Assembly: GCA_025462885.1 (NCBI GenBank)
Contig: JAOAPN010000008.1
Location: 210,953 to 274,952 of the forward strand
DNA length: 64,000 nt
Direction: 5' to 3'
Origin: Acidobacteriaceae bacterium
GTDB lineage: Bacteria > Acidobacteriota > Terriglobia > Terriglobales > Acidobacteriaceae
Part shown: positions 50,350-62,521 of the stretch, in pieces
Layout: each line of letters opens with the position of its first letter
Position numbering within the stretch: the first letter of the stretch is position 1
Translations under genes and position numbers: made by a program
Notes under the pieces: generated by a model
What the model was told of the DNA's origin: nothing
Databases searched by the model: none
What the model saw: only the letters and a program-made list of their open reading frames with translations

Positions 50350-50829
50350 ATGGTCTACCGCTTCCAACCCACCCGACTCATGACCCCGCTCGTCGTGCTC
50401 TGCGGGCTCTGTGCCGTCTCCTACTGGCTCAACCCCGAGCCGTGGCATCACCTCAGTTTCGCGACGCAAGCGCTCTTTGCAGCAGCCCTGATCGTCTTTG
50501 CAGCTCTGATGCTTTTGCTGCGCTCCCGTATGTCTCTGCGCATCGACGAGCGTGGCATCGAGGTCTTCTACCCGATCGGAGCGCCCCGTTTCTACGCATG
50601 GGCCGAAATCGAAGCCGCTCGTATCATTCGCAAACGCATCTTCCTTATCCCGGTAATGTCCAGCATCGGTCTCAATCTACGCGAGGGTGCTCGCCCTACC
50701 AACGCCGTCTTGCGCGCTGCTGGAGCGGTGAACGGTTATAACGCCAGCTTCCCGGCCTTCTTCGACCTCAGTGACACCGAGATTCTCGAACGCATTGCCT
50801 TCTACAAGAGCCAGTACCAGCACGGATAG
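50350..50829 (+). CDS. hypothetical membrane protein
   Basis: Two N-terminal hydrophobic helices, then a soluble ~90-aa domain. No family recognised. Confidence 0.5.
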   Translation: MVYRFQPTRLMTPLVVLCGLCAVSYWLNPEPWHHLSFATQALFAAALIVFAALMLLLRSRMSLRIDERGIEVFYPIGAPRFYAWAEIEAARIIRKRIFLIPVMSSIGLNLREGARPTNAVLRAAGAVNGYNASFPAFFDLSDTEILERIAFYKSQYQHG

Positions 50830-50860
50830 CGGGGCAGAAGCCTCTCTATCCACTCTCTGC

Positions 50861-51340
50861 CTACGGCATCACCGAAGCTCGCTGCAAAAGGATCGACTCC
50901 CTCCGGTCGTCATCCGCGATTGCAACTGGAGTGGTGCCAGAACCCTCGAATCGTTCATAGCTCGAAACGGTCTTTCCATCCGGACTGGCGGTGAGCTTTA
51001 CCACCTCCATGGACTTGTAGGCCTTTGGGATGCGTGCTCCGAACCAGTGGCGATCTTCCTGCTGCGTCCAAGTCACCAGCGCCAGCACAGAGCCTGCCGG
51101 ATACTCGGTATGCGCTCCTGTACGCGCGCTAGCAATCGCGATGTCATTGCCGAATAAGGTCGACATCGTCTGCTGCGTGGGATCGATGCCGGAGGTGATC
51201 ACCTTCCACTGCCAGGGCTGCACTGGCAGGTTCTCAGGGAGCGCTGCTCCCGTGTTGAAGAGCTCTGAATCGGGGACTTCATGTTTGCATCCGGCCAGGA
51301 GCGAGAGCGCCAGCGTACCGCAAAGTAAGAGTTGCTTCAT
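50861..51340 (-). CDS. lipoprotein, haem-less paralogue of the cytochrome P460-like domain
   Basis: Lipobox LLAGC. Aligns with the C-terminal half of the upstream gene (WK.I ... GNDIAI ... WTQ) but has no CxxCH. Its ATG overlaps the upstream stop (ATGA at 51337..51340). Confidence 0.6.
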   Translation of the reverse strand: MKQLLLCGTLALSLLAGCKHEVPDSELFNTGAALPENLPVQPWQWKVITSGIDPTQQTMSTLFGNDIAIASARTGAHTEYPAGSVLALVTWTQQEDRHWFGARIPKAYKSMEVVKLTASPDGKTVSSYERFEGSGTTPVAIADDDRRESILLQRASVMP

Positions 51341-52284
51341 CGAGTCCCTCCCGTCCGCGTGATTGGCATGGTGTAAACGAAGTCGTTGTCCTTCACCGGC
51401 TGGTGGCAGCTTACGCACTCTCCCGTAAAAGCTGCGCTTTTGCCGTAGGGTTTCAGGTCCATGCCGAGCCATCGCGCCCAGCCCCAGCCTGCGGTCGAAG
51501 CGTACTTCGTCTTATCCTTTACCATGAACTCCACCTGTTTGAACTGTCCCGGACGGATCACGCCCTTGTTGTCGGTCATCTGGGTCCAGGCGATCTTCGC
51601 GAAGGCCGCGCCATCGGGCCACGGATGAATCTGCTTGCTCTCGATCGCCCGGATCGCAATGTCGTTTCCGGCGATCACCCGCATCGTGCGGTTGTCCCCG
51701 CGGTCGGTCGTGCTGATCGCCTTCCAATCCTTGTAGTCGCGAAAGAATTCGATTCCGTTCGGAGCGGCGTGAATCGCCGGCATCGGCGTCTTCTCTCCAT
51801 TCCAATCTTTGTATTGGGTATCGGCGGCAGCTATCGTCACCGCGTCGGATACAGCAGTCTTCCCGAATGGGACGAGATAGCTCTTCAGCACTGCGAGATC
51901 CGCTGGCGTAAGCGCCGCTTCGGGATGGGCCTTCAAGTAACGCGGTAGCGGCATCGCTCCCAGTTGAATCTGCGTCACGGCTTCAAACAACATCGCCCGC
52001 TGCGCCGCCGCAGGCAGCTTTCCGATCTCGGAAAAATTCAGATGCTGCCGGGCCATCTTCACATCATGCGTTGCCACCCAGTACGCCGGTACGACCTGAT
52101 CGAACCATGGCAGCGCAGTCTCGTTCGAGTGGCAGCTATAGCAGGATCGCTTCAGCACCGCCTTGACCTCGGGCGGAGCCTGTATCTCGGCTGCGACTGG
52201 TGGGTTGGTCAAAGCCGGCCGTACAAACTGCAGCATTACAAAAACAACACACCCCAGTGCCGCGAGCCTCGCAATCCATCTCAT
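51337..52284 (-). CDS. haem-binding-domain / cytochrome P460-like fusion protein
   Basis: N-terminal TM helix, CYSCH in a haem-binding-domain context (CYSCHSNETALPWF), second CVSCH near the C-terminus as in cytochrome P460. Confidence 0.72.
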   Translation of the reverse strand: MRWIARLAALGCVVFVMLQFVRPALTNPPVAAEIQAPPEVKAVLKRSCYSCHSNETALPWFDQVVPAYWVATHDVKMARQHLNFSEIGKLPAAAQRAMLFEAVTQIQLGAMPLPRYLKAHPEAALTPADLAVLKSYLVPFGKTAVSDAVTIAAADTQYKDWNGEKTPMPAIHAAPNGIEFFRDYKDWKAISTTDRGDNRTMRVIAGNDIAIRAIESKQIHPWPDGAAFAKIAWTQMTDNKGVIRPGQFKQVEFMVKDKTKYASTAGWGWARWLGMDLKPYGKSAAFTGECVSCHQPVKDNDFVYTMPITRTGGTR

Positions 52285-52376
52285 CCAAGTCTCCCGTATT
52301 CAAGAGGTAGGACGAGTTGAGCTCAACAATTGTTACAAGATTTTTTTTGTTTTATGAAAGTATCGGGACGATCCGC

Positions 52377-54011
52377 TCATGTCCCGGGCTGCACATACAC
52401 TGCAGTTGCGGCCAGCTTCCGCTCGTCGCCGCGAGGATCGTCCTTCACCACGGACTTCACATCCCAGCACATCGTGGCTCGCCGCTCCGTATCGAAGCGA
52501 GGCCATTTGGGAATGGCAGTGTTATTGGGATCGCCCGTTTTGGCGAACGCGATGAGCGTCTCGCTCATCTGGTCCGCCACCTTCTGCGCGTCTGCTCCGC
52601 CGCCCGTCATGCCCTTCGCGATCTCAACGTTGTCGAAGACAAACGGAATATCGATTGTATGCGGCGCTCCCCATTTGCCCCCGTCCACCGGGCTCTTGAA
52701 GTCGAACTCGTAGATCCAGGTTGGACCCTTCTGGGCCGCTCGGCGTTCGCTCTCGATCACCATTCCGTGCCAGCTTCGGAACGCGGTCGTTACCGCAAAG
52801 AAGACATCCCCCGCTGAGTATTCGGGGTACCAGCGCCGATAGTCTGCCACGATGTCCGCGGTCTTCAGAGAACCCAGAAACTGCCGGTACTTCTCCAGTC
52901 GGCCAGGCAACTTCGGCCAGTCGAGGGTGAACAGGGAAGGGTCTGCTGCTCCGATTAGCAACCGCGTCTCATCATGGGTGTTCCCGAGAATCATCGGAAC
53001 CGCAGCCGAGATCGCAGGAGCGTCCGGCGCAAAGGGATCCCGCGGCAGGGCCCGTCCGTCATGCACCGGTCCAAAATATTTGCCTAGCCACAGCGCGCTC
53101 ACCAGGCGCTCCATCGAAATCTTCGCCGGGTCGCGAATGTCCTCCAGCCGCTCCTTCGACAGACCTAGTTCCGCCAACACCGCTGAAGCTGTAGCCGTGG
53201 CATGCTCGGGAACCGTTCCGGTCAACTGCTGCCCGCTCATCGTCACCACGCGATGAAAGAGGCCCTTGGCTTCGGGCATGGCCATCAGGGTTGCGCACTT
53301 CGCACCGCCGCCGCTCTGCCCAAAGATCATCACGCGGGACGGATCGCCGCCGAACTCGGCGATATTATCCTTGACCCATTGCAGCGCCAGGATCAGATCG
53401 AGCTGCCCGACGTTTCCGCTGTCCGCAAACTCTGCTCCACCCAATTCAGCCAGGTACAAATACCCGAACAGATTCAGCCGGTGATTCAGCGTTACCACGA
53501 CAACATCTCCCCGCTTCACCAGCCGAATCCCGTCGTAGACCGGGCCATTGCTGCTCGAACTCGAGTACGCCCCGCCATGGATATAGACCATCACTGGCCG
53601 CTTCCTCCCGTCCTTCAAGCCCGCTGTCCACACGTTCAAATGCAGGCAATCCTCGCTGTTGACTGGACTTTCCTCATCCAAAGCCGCAAACGCTGACCGC
53701 CCATCGCGTTGATGAATCGGCTGGGGAGCCTGCGGTCCAAACGCCACCGTCTCCCTGATCCCCGTCCATGCCTTCGGCTTCACCGGGGCCATAAAGCGCC
53801 GTTCAGCAGTACCCGCTCCATACGGAATTCCTTTGAAGACATGCACCCTCTGATCCAGATAGCCCCGCACTTTTCCAGCAGATGTTGCCGCTACCGGTCC
53901 CGTCGAAGTCCCAACCTGCCCGAACATCCGCGCCGGTCCGCCAAAAACTCTCCCTGCACTAATTGCGGCTCCGGCTCCCAGAACATGCCGTCGCGTCCAT
54001 TTCGAGTTCAT
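52377..54011 (-). CDS. carboxylesterase type B (para-nitrobenzyl-esterase-like), probably Tat-exported
   Basis: TRRHVLGAGAA, FKGIPYG, nucleophile elbow FGQSGGGAK. Confidence 0.88.
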   Translation of the reverse strand: MNSKWTRRHVLGAGAAISAGRVFGGPARMFGQVGTSTGPVAATSAGKVRGYLDQRVHVFKGIPYGAGTAERRFMAPVKPKAWTGIRETVAFGPQAPQPIHQRDGRSAFAALDEESPVNSEDCLHLNVWTAGLKDGRKRPVMVYIHGGAYSSSSSNGPVYDGIRLVKRGDVVVVTLNHRLNLFGYLYLAELGGAEFADSGNVGQLDLILALQWVKDNIAEFGGDPSRVMIFGQSGGGAKCATLMAMPEAKGLFHRVVTMSGQQLTGTVPEHATATASAVLAELGLSKERLEDIRDPAKISMERLVSALWLGKYFGPVHDGRALPRDPFAPDAPAISAAVPMILGNTHDETRLLIGAADPSLFTLDWPKLPGRLEKYRQFLGSLKTADIVADYRRWYPEYSAGDVFFAVTTAFRSWHGMVIESERRAAQKGPTWIYEFDFKSPVDGGKWGAPHTIDIPFVFDNVEIAKGMTGGGADAQKVADQMSETLIAFAKTGDPNNTAIPKWPRFDTERRATMCWDVKSVVKDDPRGDERKLAATAVYVQPGT

Positions 54012-54050
54012 TCGAAGCGCCTCCAGGCCAGCCCCCGAATTCTAACCGCA

Positions 54051-54066
54051 AAGTGGTCGACCACTT
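54051..54066. promoter_or_regulatory. perfect 16-bp palindrome AAGTGGTCGACCACTT in a divergent promoter region (candidate operator)
   Basis: Read directly. 40 nt upstream of the esterase ATG (54011, minus strand) and 64 nt upstream of the GNAT ATG (54130, plus strand). Confidence 0.4.
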
Positions 54067-54129
54067 CTTGATCTTGCCGTCAACAGCTCCGCTCTGCACT
54101 TGAGAAAGAGACTGCCCGATAATGAATTC

Positions 54130-54606
54130 ATGCAAGAAACTTACTCGTTGAGGATCGCAACTGAAGGGGATGCTGCGCTTATTGCCGAGCATCGCGGCTT
54201 GATGTTTTTAGACATGGGATTAGTTTCAGTTGAGGAGGCTAGAGCCCTCACGGCGGCGGCTGAACCGTGGATCTTCGATCTTCTGAAGAGTGGCGAATAT
54301 AAGGGCTGGTTCCTTGAAGAACAAGGGGTTGTTGTTACTGGAGGGGGTCTTCTCCTGAGAGAGGTGGGGCCGGTCGCTGGTTGTCTCCGCGTGGGGAGCG
54401 CGGCCCACATCGTAAACGTGTACACCCTGCTTTCTCACCGTAAACGTGGCTTGGCACGCCGCATCCTGGGCGAAATGCTGCAGTGGTGTGCGGAGAACCG
54501 CATCGACCAGGTCACTCTTACATCCTCTGAAGCAGGACGCGGCTTGTACGCATCGTTGGGGTTCGAGCCACAGATGGACAGCATGAGACTTGTGCGCGGA
54601 CAGTAA
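54130..54606 (+). CDS. GNAT-family N-acetyltransferase
   Basis: Motif A-like HRKRGLARRILGEML. About 158 aa. Confidence 0.8.
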   Translation: MQETYSLRIATEGDAALIAEHRGLMFLDMGLVSVEEARALTAAAEPWIFDLLKSGEYKGWFLEEQGVVVTGGGLLLREVGPVAGCLRVGSAAHIVNVYTLLSHRKRGLARRILGEMLQWCAENRIDQVTLTSSEAGRGLYASLGFEPQMDSMRLVRGQ

Positions 54607-54655
54607 AACGGGCCGCCCGAAGGCGGCCCGTTCACTCCAGCAGAGTCAGCCAAAA

Positions 54656-55267
54656 CTACTTCTTGGCTGTCGCGAACCGCTTGTTGATCTCATCCCAATT
54701 GACAGTGTTCCACCAGGCTGCGAGGTAATCCGGCCGCTTGTTCTGGTACTTCAGGTAGTAGGCATGTTCCCAGACGTCGTTGCCCAGGATCGGGTAGAGT
54801 CCGTCGCTGAGGGGCGAGTCCTGGTTCGGCTTGGTGACGATCTCCAGCTTGCCGCCCTTGAATACCAGGAAACCCCAGCCTGCGCCGAACTGCTTGGCGG
54901 TCGTCTCGTTGAAGGTCTTCTTGAAGGCTTCGAAGTCGCCGAAGTCGGCCTTGATCTGGTCTGCGATTGCTCCCGAGGGGGCTCCGCCGCCATTCGCCTT
55001 CATGATCTCCCAGAACATGGTGTGATTCACGTGGCCGCCGCCGTTGTTCTGGACGACCTTGCGGACGTCCTCGGGGATGCTGGCGAGAGCCTTCAGCAGC
55101 TCTTCGGGAGATTTCGTGCCCAGTTCGGGGTGTTTTTCGACCGCGCCGTTCAGGTTCGTCACATAGGTCTGGTGGTGCTTATCGTGGTGGAGCTTCATGG
55201 TCGCTTCGTCGATGTGGGGCTCAAGCGCCGCGTAATCGTAGGGCAGGGGGGGAAGTTCGTAGGCCAC
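54656..55267 (-). CDS. Fe/Mn superoxide dismutase
   Basis: [32 protein letters not shown] start 6 nt after AGGAGA (ORF is open to 55468). Confidence 0.93.
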   Translation of the reverse strand: MAYELPPLPYDYAALEPHIDEATMKLHHDKHHQTYVTNLNGAVEKHPELGTKSPEELLKALASIPEDVRKVVQNNGGGHVNHTMFWEIMKANGGGAPSGAIADQIKADFGDFEAFKKTFNETTAKQFGAGWGFLVFKGGKLEIVTKPNQDSPLSDGLYPILGNDVWEHAYYLKYQNKRPDYLAAWWNTVNWDEINKRFATAKK

Positions 55268-55609
55268 GTTCGTTCTCCTATAAGGCTGGTAAAGTCTGGG
55301 GTGGAAATACCGCCGCGTTGAAATAACACCGACAGCTTCAGCCGTCGGCAATCTCGAATCCGTACGTCTCGAATTCTGGGAATTTCTGAATGAGTCCCGG
55401 TAGAAAATACCACCGGCACCGCCTGCTCTCCATACGATGCCATCCGGTGATGCAGCGATGCACCTCACAAGGGCCGCGCTGTACTCCGCAATGCTTTGCT
55501 CCGTAATTTAGGCACGAAGCAAGTCGAATCATAGCGCATCGGCACATTCACCGCCCATTCACTGCTTGTCTCTCCCGTTCCTTGTCCTTTTAGGTTCTAA
55601 TAAAATTCA

Positions 55610-58039
55610 ATGAGCGTTTTAGCCGCCTCCTATCGTTGGCTCGATGACAATGGCCCTGCCTTCGGTGCTCCGGGTCTCGAGCCCCGCTGGACTTCCAGCC
55701 GCAAAGACGCTGTATCCACTGCTTACGCCGCCTCCAGCCGCGTCTGGTTTACCCTCTCGCACGGCACCCTCAACGAGATTTATTACCCCACCATCGATCG
55801 CCCGCAGACCCGTGACATGGAGCTGCTCTTCACCGATGGCGAGACCTTCTTCCACGAGGAGAAGCGCGACTTCGAGTACGACTTCCACTACATCGATCCC
55901 AAGGCGCTTGCCGTTCGGGTCGTGGCTAACGACCTCCAGGGCCGCTACACCGTCACCAAGGAGTTCATCTCCAACCCGCACCACCCTGTCGTCCTGATGA
56001 ACGTCAAGGTAAGCGGCGACGAGGCGGTTCTTTCCCGGCTGAAATGTTACGCCCTGCTGGCTCCGCATCTTGACGGCGGCGGCGCCGGAAACTCCGCCCG
56101 CTCCATCGAGATCGCCGGGCAGCGTGCCATTCTCGCCTGGAAGAACCATACTTCGCTTGCCATGGGCGTCGATTGCGGTTTTACGCGCAGCTCCTGCGGC
56201 TACGTCGGCTCCAGCGACGGCTTCCAGGACCTCACCAGCAATATGAAGATGGACTGGCAGTTCGGCCAGGCGCTGGACGGCAACATCGCCGTCATGGGTG
56301 AGATCGATGTCGCCGCTCACCGCGAGTTCACCATCGCCATCGCATTCGGCGACGGTCATCACGCTGCCCTTGCGGGCATGATGCAGACGCTCGCGACTCC
56401 GTTCGAGCTTCACTCCCAGCGCTTCGTCGCCCAATGGCTGCGGGCTAACTCGCCCGAATCCCTGGCCCCCGCAGCAACCGACGGCGGCCGCCTGATGCGC
56501 ATCAGCCATAATGTGATCCTCACGCACGAGGACAAGACCTACTCCGGAGCATTTATCGCTTCCGCCTCCATTCCCTGGGGAGCGTCCAAGAGCGACGACG
56601 ACCTTGGCGGCTATCACCTCGTCTGGACCCGCGATATGGTGCAGTCGGCAACTGCCATTCTCGCCTGCGGCCGGACGGACACCGCTCTTCGCGCCCTTGT
56701 CTATCTGGCCTGTACGCAGCGCCCAGACGGCAGCTTTGCGCAGAACTTCTGGATCGACGGAACCCCGTATTGGACTGGTATTCAGCTCGATGAGGTGGCC
56801 TTCCCGATCATCCTGGCCTGGCGGCTGTGGAAGCTCGGTGGGCTCGGCAACTTCGACGTCTTCCCTTTTGTCGAGCGCGCCGCGGCCTTCCTCGTCCGTT
56901 ACGCCCCGGTGACCCAGCAGGAGCGCTGGGAAGAGAACGCCGGCTATTCGCCTTCGACCCTCGCGGCGGTCATCTCCGGCCTCATCTGCGCCGCCGATAT
57001 CGCGCGCGGCCACGAAGCGTTTGAGCTTGCCAGCTTCCTCGAAAGCTACGCCGACTGGATCGAATCGCATCTTGACGAGTGGACGACGACGCATGAGGGC
57101 ATCCTCCATCCGGACGTGAAGTATCACTACATGCGGATCCGTCCGCCGGCTCTCGGGGAGCCTTTCCATAATCAGCAGATCGCGCCGGGCTACATTCATA
57201 TCGCAAATCGCAGCCCCGAAGAGAAGTACGACTTCGAGGCCCGCGAGGTGATCGATGCCGGCTTTCTGGAGCTGGTCCGTTACGGCATCCGCCGTGCGGA
57301 CGATCCCCTGATCGTCGACTCCCTGAAGGTGGTCGATCACTGCCTGAAGATCGAGACCCCCTACGGCGACTGCTGGCGCCGTTATAACCATGACGGCTAC
57401 GGTCAGCGTAAGGATGGCGGCCCGTACGAGGGCTGGGGCCAAGGGCGTGCGTGGCCTATTCTCGCCGGAGAGCGCGCTCACTACGAACTCGCCGCCGGTC
57501 ATGATGTATCCAGCTATATCACTGCGCTGGAGAGGTTTAGCTCAATCGGCGGGATGATGCCCGAGCAGATCTGGGACTATGCCGACCTGCCGTCCGAGGG
57601 GATGTATCTGGGCCGCTCCGCTGGGTCCGCACAGCCCCTGGTCTGGGCGCACTCCGAGTACATCAAGCTGCTCCGCTCCACCGTCGACGGACAGGTCTTC
57701 GACCGCATCTCGGTGGTAGCTGAACGGTATGCTGTAAAAGCTTCAGAACGAACCTTTTCCAGCCAGATTGAGGTCTTCCAGACGGGCCGGCCCATCACCC
57801 GCGTTCCCGCGGGCCTCACGCTTCGCATCCTTGACCCCAGCTCCTTCCGCGTCGTCTGGACGCAGGATAACTGGGCCACCAGCACCCATACCGAATCCCG
57901 TATCGTCGGATACCCAGGTTCGTACGCCGATATCGCCACCACCGCGAATCAGACCGGAACGATCGTTTTCACGCTGTATTGGCCGACAGAGGACCGCTGG
58001 CTTGGTAGAAACATCTCAATCGCCGTAACGCACCGCTAG
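55610..58039 (+). CDS. glycoside hydrolase family 15 (glucoamylase / glucodextranase-like)
   Basis: N-terminal beta-sandwich, catalytic region with GGYHLVWTRDM and QERWEENAGYSPSTLA, extra ~100-aa C-terminal beta domain. Confidence 0.88.
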   Translation: MSVLAASYRWLDDNGPAFGAPGLEPRWTSSRKDAVSTAYAASSRVWFTLSHGTLNEIYYPTIDRPQTRDMELLFTDGETFFHEEKRDFEYDFHYIDPKALAVRVVANDLQGRYTVTKEFISNPHHPVVLMNVKVSGDEAVLSRLKCYALLAPHLDGGGAGNSARSIEIAGQRAILAWKNHTSLAMGVDCGFTRSSCGYVGSSDGFQDLTSNMKMDWQFGQALDGNIAVMGEIDVAAHREFTIAIAFGDGHHAALAGMMQTLATPFELHSQRFVAQWLRANSPESLAPAATDGGRLMRISHNVILTHEDKTYSGAFIASASIPWGASKSDDDLGGYHLVWTRDMVQSATAILACGRTDTALRALVYLACTQRPDGSFAQNFWIDGTPYWTGIQLDEVAFPIILAWRLWKLGGLGNFDVFPFVERAAAFLVRYAPVTQQERWEENAGYSPSTLAAVISGLICAADIARGHEAFELASFLESYADWIESHLDEWTTTHEGILHPDVKYHYMRIRPPALGEPFHNQQIAPGYIHIANRSPEEKYDFEAREVIDAGFLELVRYGIRRADDPLIVDSLKVVDHCLKIETPYGDCWRRYNHDGYGQRKDGGPYEGWGQGRAWPILAGERAHYELAAGHDVSSYITALERFSSIGGMMPEQIWDYADLPSEGMYLGRSAGSAQPLVWAHSEYIKLLRSTVDGQVFDRISVVAERYAVKASERTFSSQIEVFQTGRPITRVPAGLTLRILDPSSFRVVWTQDNWATSTHTESRIVGYPGSYADIATTANQTGTIVFTLYWPTEDRWLGRNISIAVTHR

Positions 58040-58191
58040 TCCCAACGTTCGTCCAGTCCCACGTTCCTTCGGGGAGAGGCAGATGCGCTTCCCCCGCGCC
58101 CGCTTGTACACTGGTAGAGATTTACCTAAAACGACTGACTCCCGAAGCCGCCATATTGTGGCGAGACGCTTCGAACTAAAAAAGGAAAAGA

Positions 58192-60192
<2,001 letters not shown>

Positions 60193-60222
60193 ACACGTTT
60201 TTCGAACGGCGACAGGAACGAC

Positions 60223-60900
60223 ATGACGCAAGACGAAGCAAAGCGGATGGCGGCTCGGCGCGCCCTGGAGTTTGTCGAGGATGGGATGGTGCTTGGGCTG
60301 GGCTCAGGCACCACCTCCGCCATCTTCATCCAGGAGCTGGGCGAACGCGTCAAGCAGGGGCTGAAGGTGCGGGGAATCGCAACCTCGGCCGCGAGCCACG
60401 AGTTGGCGAAGTCGCTCTCTATTTCACTGACGACCTTTGAAGAGGTTTCGGAGCTGGATCTCGCCATCGATGGTGCAGACGAAGTCGGCCCCGGCCTGGC
60501 TCTCATCAAAGGCGGCGGCGGAGCGCTTCTCCGGGAGAAGATCGTGGAGAGCGTGGCGCGGCGCTTCATCGTAGTCGCTGATTCCTCGAAGCTTGTAGCG
60601 ACTCTTGGTCGTTTCCCACTGCCTGTCGAAGTCGTTCAAATGGCTCTTCCGATCGTCACGCGCAAGCTTGAAGCCCTGAATCTGAACCCGAAACTTCGTC
60701 ATCATCCCGATGGATCGCTCTACGTCACAGACGAAGGGAATGTGCTTTTGGACTGTGTCTGCGGCGCTATTCCTGATCCAGCGAAGACGGCAGCCGATAT
60801 CCGCGCTATCGTCGGTGTCGTCGAGCATGGATTGTTCCTGAAAATGGCGTCTCTGGCGCTGATCGCAGGCGAAGACGGTGTCCGCGAGGTCCTTCCCTGA
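60223..60900 (+). CDS. rpiA: ribose-5-phosphate isomerase A
   Basis: LGLGSGTTS, IDGADEV, IKGGGGAL. Confidence 0.93.
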   Translation: MTQDEAKRMAARRALEFVEDGMVLGLGSGTTSAIFIQELGERVKQGLKVRGIATSAASHELAKSLSISLTTFEEVSELDLAIDGADEVGPGLALIKGGGGALLREKIVESVARRFIVVADSSKLVATLGRFPLPVEVVQMALPIVTRKLEALNLNPKLRHHPDGSLYVTDEGNVLLDCVCGAIPDPAKTAADIRAIVGVVEHGLFLKMASLALIAGEDGVREVLP

Positions 60901-60902
60901 GG

Positions 60903-60922
60903 CCCGCCTGTAGCGGGTTTTC
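60903..60922 (+). terminator. short terminator-like hairpin after rpiA
   Basis: CCCGC-CTGTA-GCGGG followed by TTTTC. Confidence 0.4.
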
Positions 60923-60976
60923 AATCACTGCTGCTGCTGCTTGCATCGTACCCTCGCTCAGGAGCGTCTTATCTTT

Positions 60977-61849
60977 ATGACGACGTCCGCTACTCCCGTC
61001 TCCCCGCAGAAATCTCGCAACTGGCTTATCACCGGTGCTTCCACCGGTTTCGGTCGTCTCCTCGCAGAAGAGGTCCTGAAAGCCGGCGGCAAAGCCATCG
61101 TGACGGCGCGCAACATCGACAAAGTCATCGACCTCGAAGAGAAGTTTCCCGGGCAGGCCAAGGCTTTTTCCCTCGACGTAACCGATTACCCTCAGATCGC
61201 TTCGGTCGTCGCTCAGAGCACTGCTTCCTACGGCCCCATCGATGTTCTGGTGAATAATGCCGGCTACGGTGTTGCCGGGGCTGTCGAAGAAGTGACCGAA
61301 GACGAGTTCATGCCGATGTTCAACACCAACGTCTTCGGCCTCATTCGGGTCACCCAGGCCCTGCTCCCGCATCTTCGTAAGCAGGGAAGCGGCCATATTC
61401 TGAATCTCTCGTCCATCGGAGGCCTGGTGGCCTCACCCGGCATGGGCTTCTACAACGCCAGCAAATTTGCGGTCGAAGGCCTCTCCGAAGCGCTCGCGCA
61501 GGAGCTTGCGCCTCTCGGCATCCACGTTACTATCGTCGAGCCCGGCCCCTTCCGCACGGATTTTCTAGGCCGTTCCGGCGTCATGGCCGAAAACGTAATT
61601 CCTGACTACGAAAAGACCGCCGGCAATATGCGCCGTTACTTCGCAGCCCAGGACGGCAAGCAGAAGGGCGACCCGCTGCGTGCGGTTCACGCCATGATGG
61701 CCGTGGTCGACTCCCCGAACCCGCCTCTTCGCCTGCTCCTCGGAGCCGCCGCCCTCCAGCGTCTGCGCGCCAAGACGGAGAGCCAGCAAAAAGAGGTTGC
61801 CGCCTGGGAATCCACGACACTTGGCGCAGACTTTCCGGAGGGCGAGTGA
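60977..61849 (+). CDS. SDR-family oxidoreductase
   Basis: ITGASTGFG, NNAG, YNASKFA. Confidence 0.85.
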   Translation: MTTSATPVSPQKSRNWLITGASTGFGRLLAEEVLKAGGKAIVTARNIDKVIDLEEKFPGQAKAFSLDVTDYPQIASVVAQSTASYGPIDVLVNNAGYGVAGAVEEVTEDEFMPMFNTNVFGLIRVTQALLPHLRKQGSGHILNLSSIGGLVASPGMGFYNASKFAVEGLSEALAQELAPLGIHVTIVEPGPFRTDFLGRSGVMAENVIPDYEKTAGNMRRYFAAQDGKQKGDPLRAVHAMMAVVDSPNPPLRLLLGAAALQRLRAKTESQQKEVAAWESTTLGADFPEGE

Positions 61850-62481
61850 CGCAAAGCTCTCCCATCAAGACGATCTTCTGGGACATCGGCGGCGTTCTCC
61901 TGACCAACGGCTGGGGCCGGCGTCAGCGGGCTCATACTCTAACCCCGCTCGGCGTCGATATCGAGGACTTCGAGTCGCGGTACGAAGCTGCCAACTTCTT
62001 CTGGGAGCGGGGCCTCTCGACCGCCCTGGAATTCTTCAACAAGACTGTCTTCCACGCCGATCAGCCATCCCGTTCGTTTTCGTACGAAGAACTCTGGCCG
62101 CTGGTCTGCGCTGAAAGTAAACAACTTGATCCGGCAACGTATGACATCCTCACCGCACTCAGCGCCTCCGGCAGGTACAAGGTCGCCACGCTCAACAACG
62201 AGAGCCGCGAATTAAATGACTACCGGCTGGACGCATTCGACCTTCGTCGCCACTTTGACTACTTCATCTGCTCCGGCTACGTCCACGAGATGAAGCCGAA
62301 TCCCGACATCTACCGCGCCGCTATTGAGATCTCCGGCCTTCCACCCTCAACCGCCGTCTTCGTCGACGACAAGCCTGAAAACTGCCGTGCCGCAGCCGCT
62401 TTCGGAATAGTACCCATCCTCTTTGAATCGCCCGCCCAACTGACGCGCGATCTTGAGGCACTCGGAATTCAAATAAACTAG
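61846..62481 (+). CDS. HAD-family hydrolase
   Basis: GTGA overlap with the preceding SDR gene. FWDIGGVLL (motif I variant), VDDKPEN. Confidence 0.8.
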   Translation: MTQSSPIKTIFWDIGGVLLTNGWGRRQRAHTLTPLGVDIEDFESRYEAANFFWERGLSTALEFFNKTVFHADQPSRSFSYEELWPLVCAESKQLDPATYDILTALSASGRYKVATLNNESRELNDYRLDAFDLRRHFDYFICSGYVHEMKPNPDIYRAAIEISGLPPSTAVFVDDKPENCRAAAAFGIVPILFESPAQLTRDLEALGIQIN

Positions 62482-62521
62482 ACAGACCTACATTCGATTT
62501 AGAAAAACTAAGGAGCACGAC

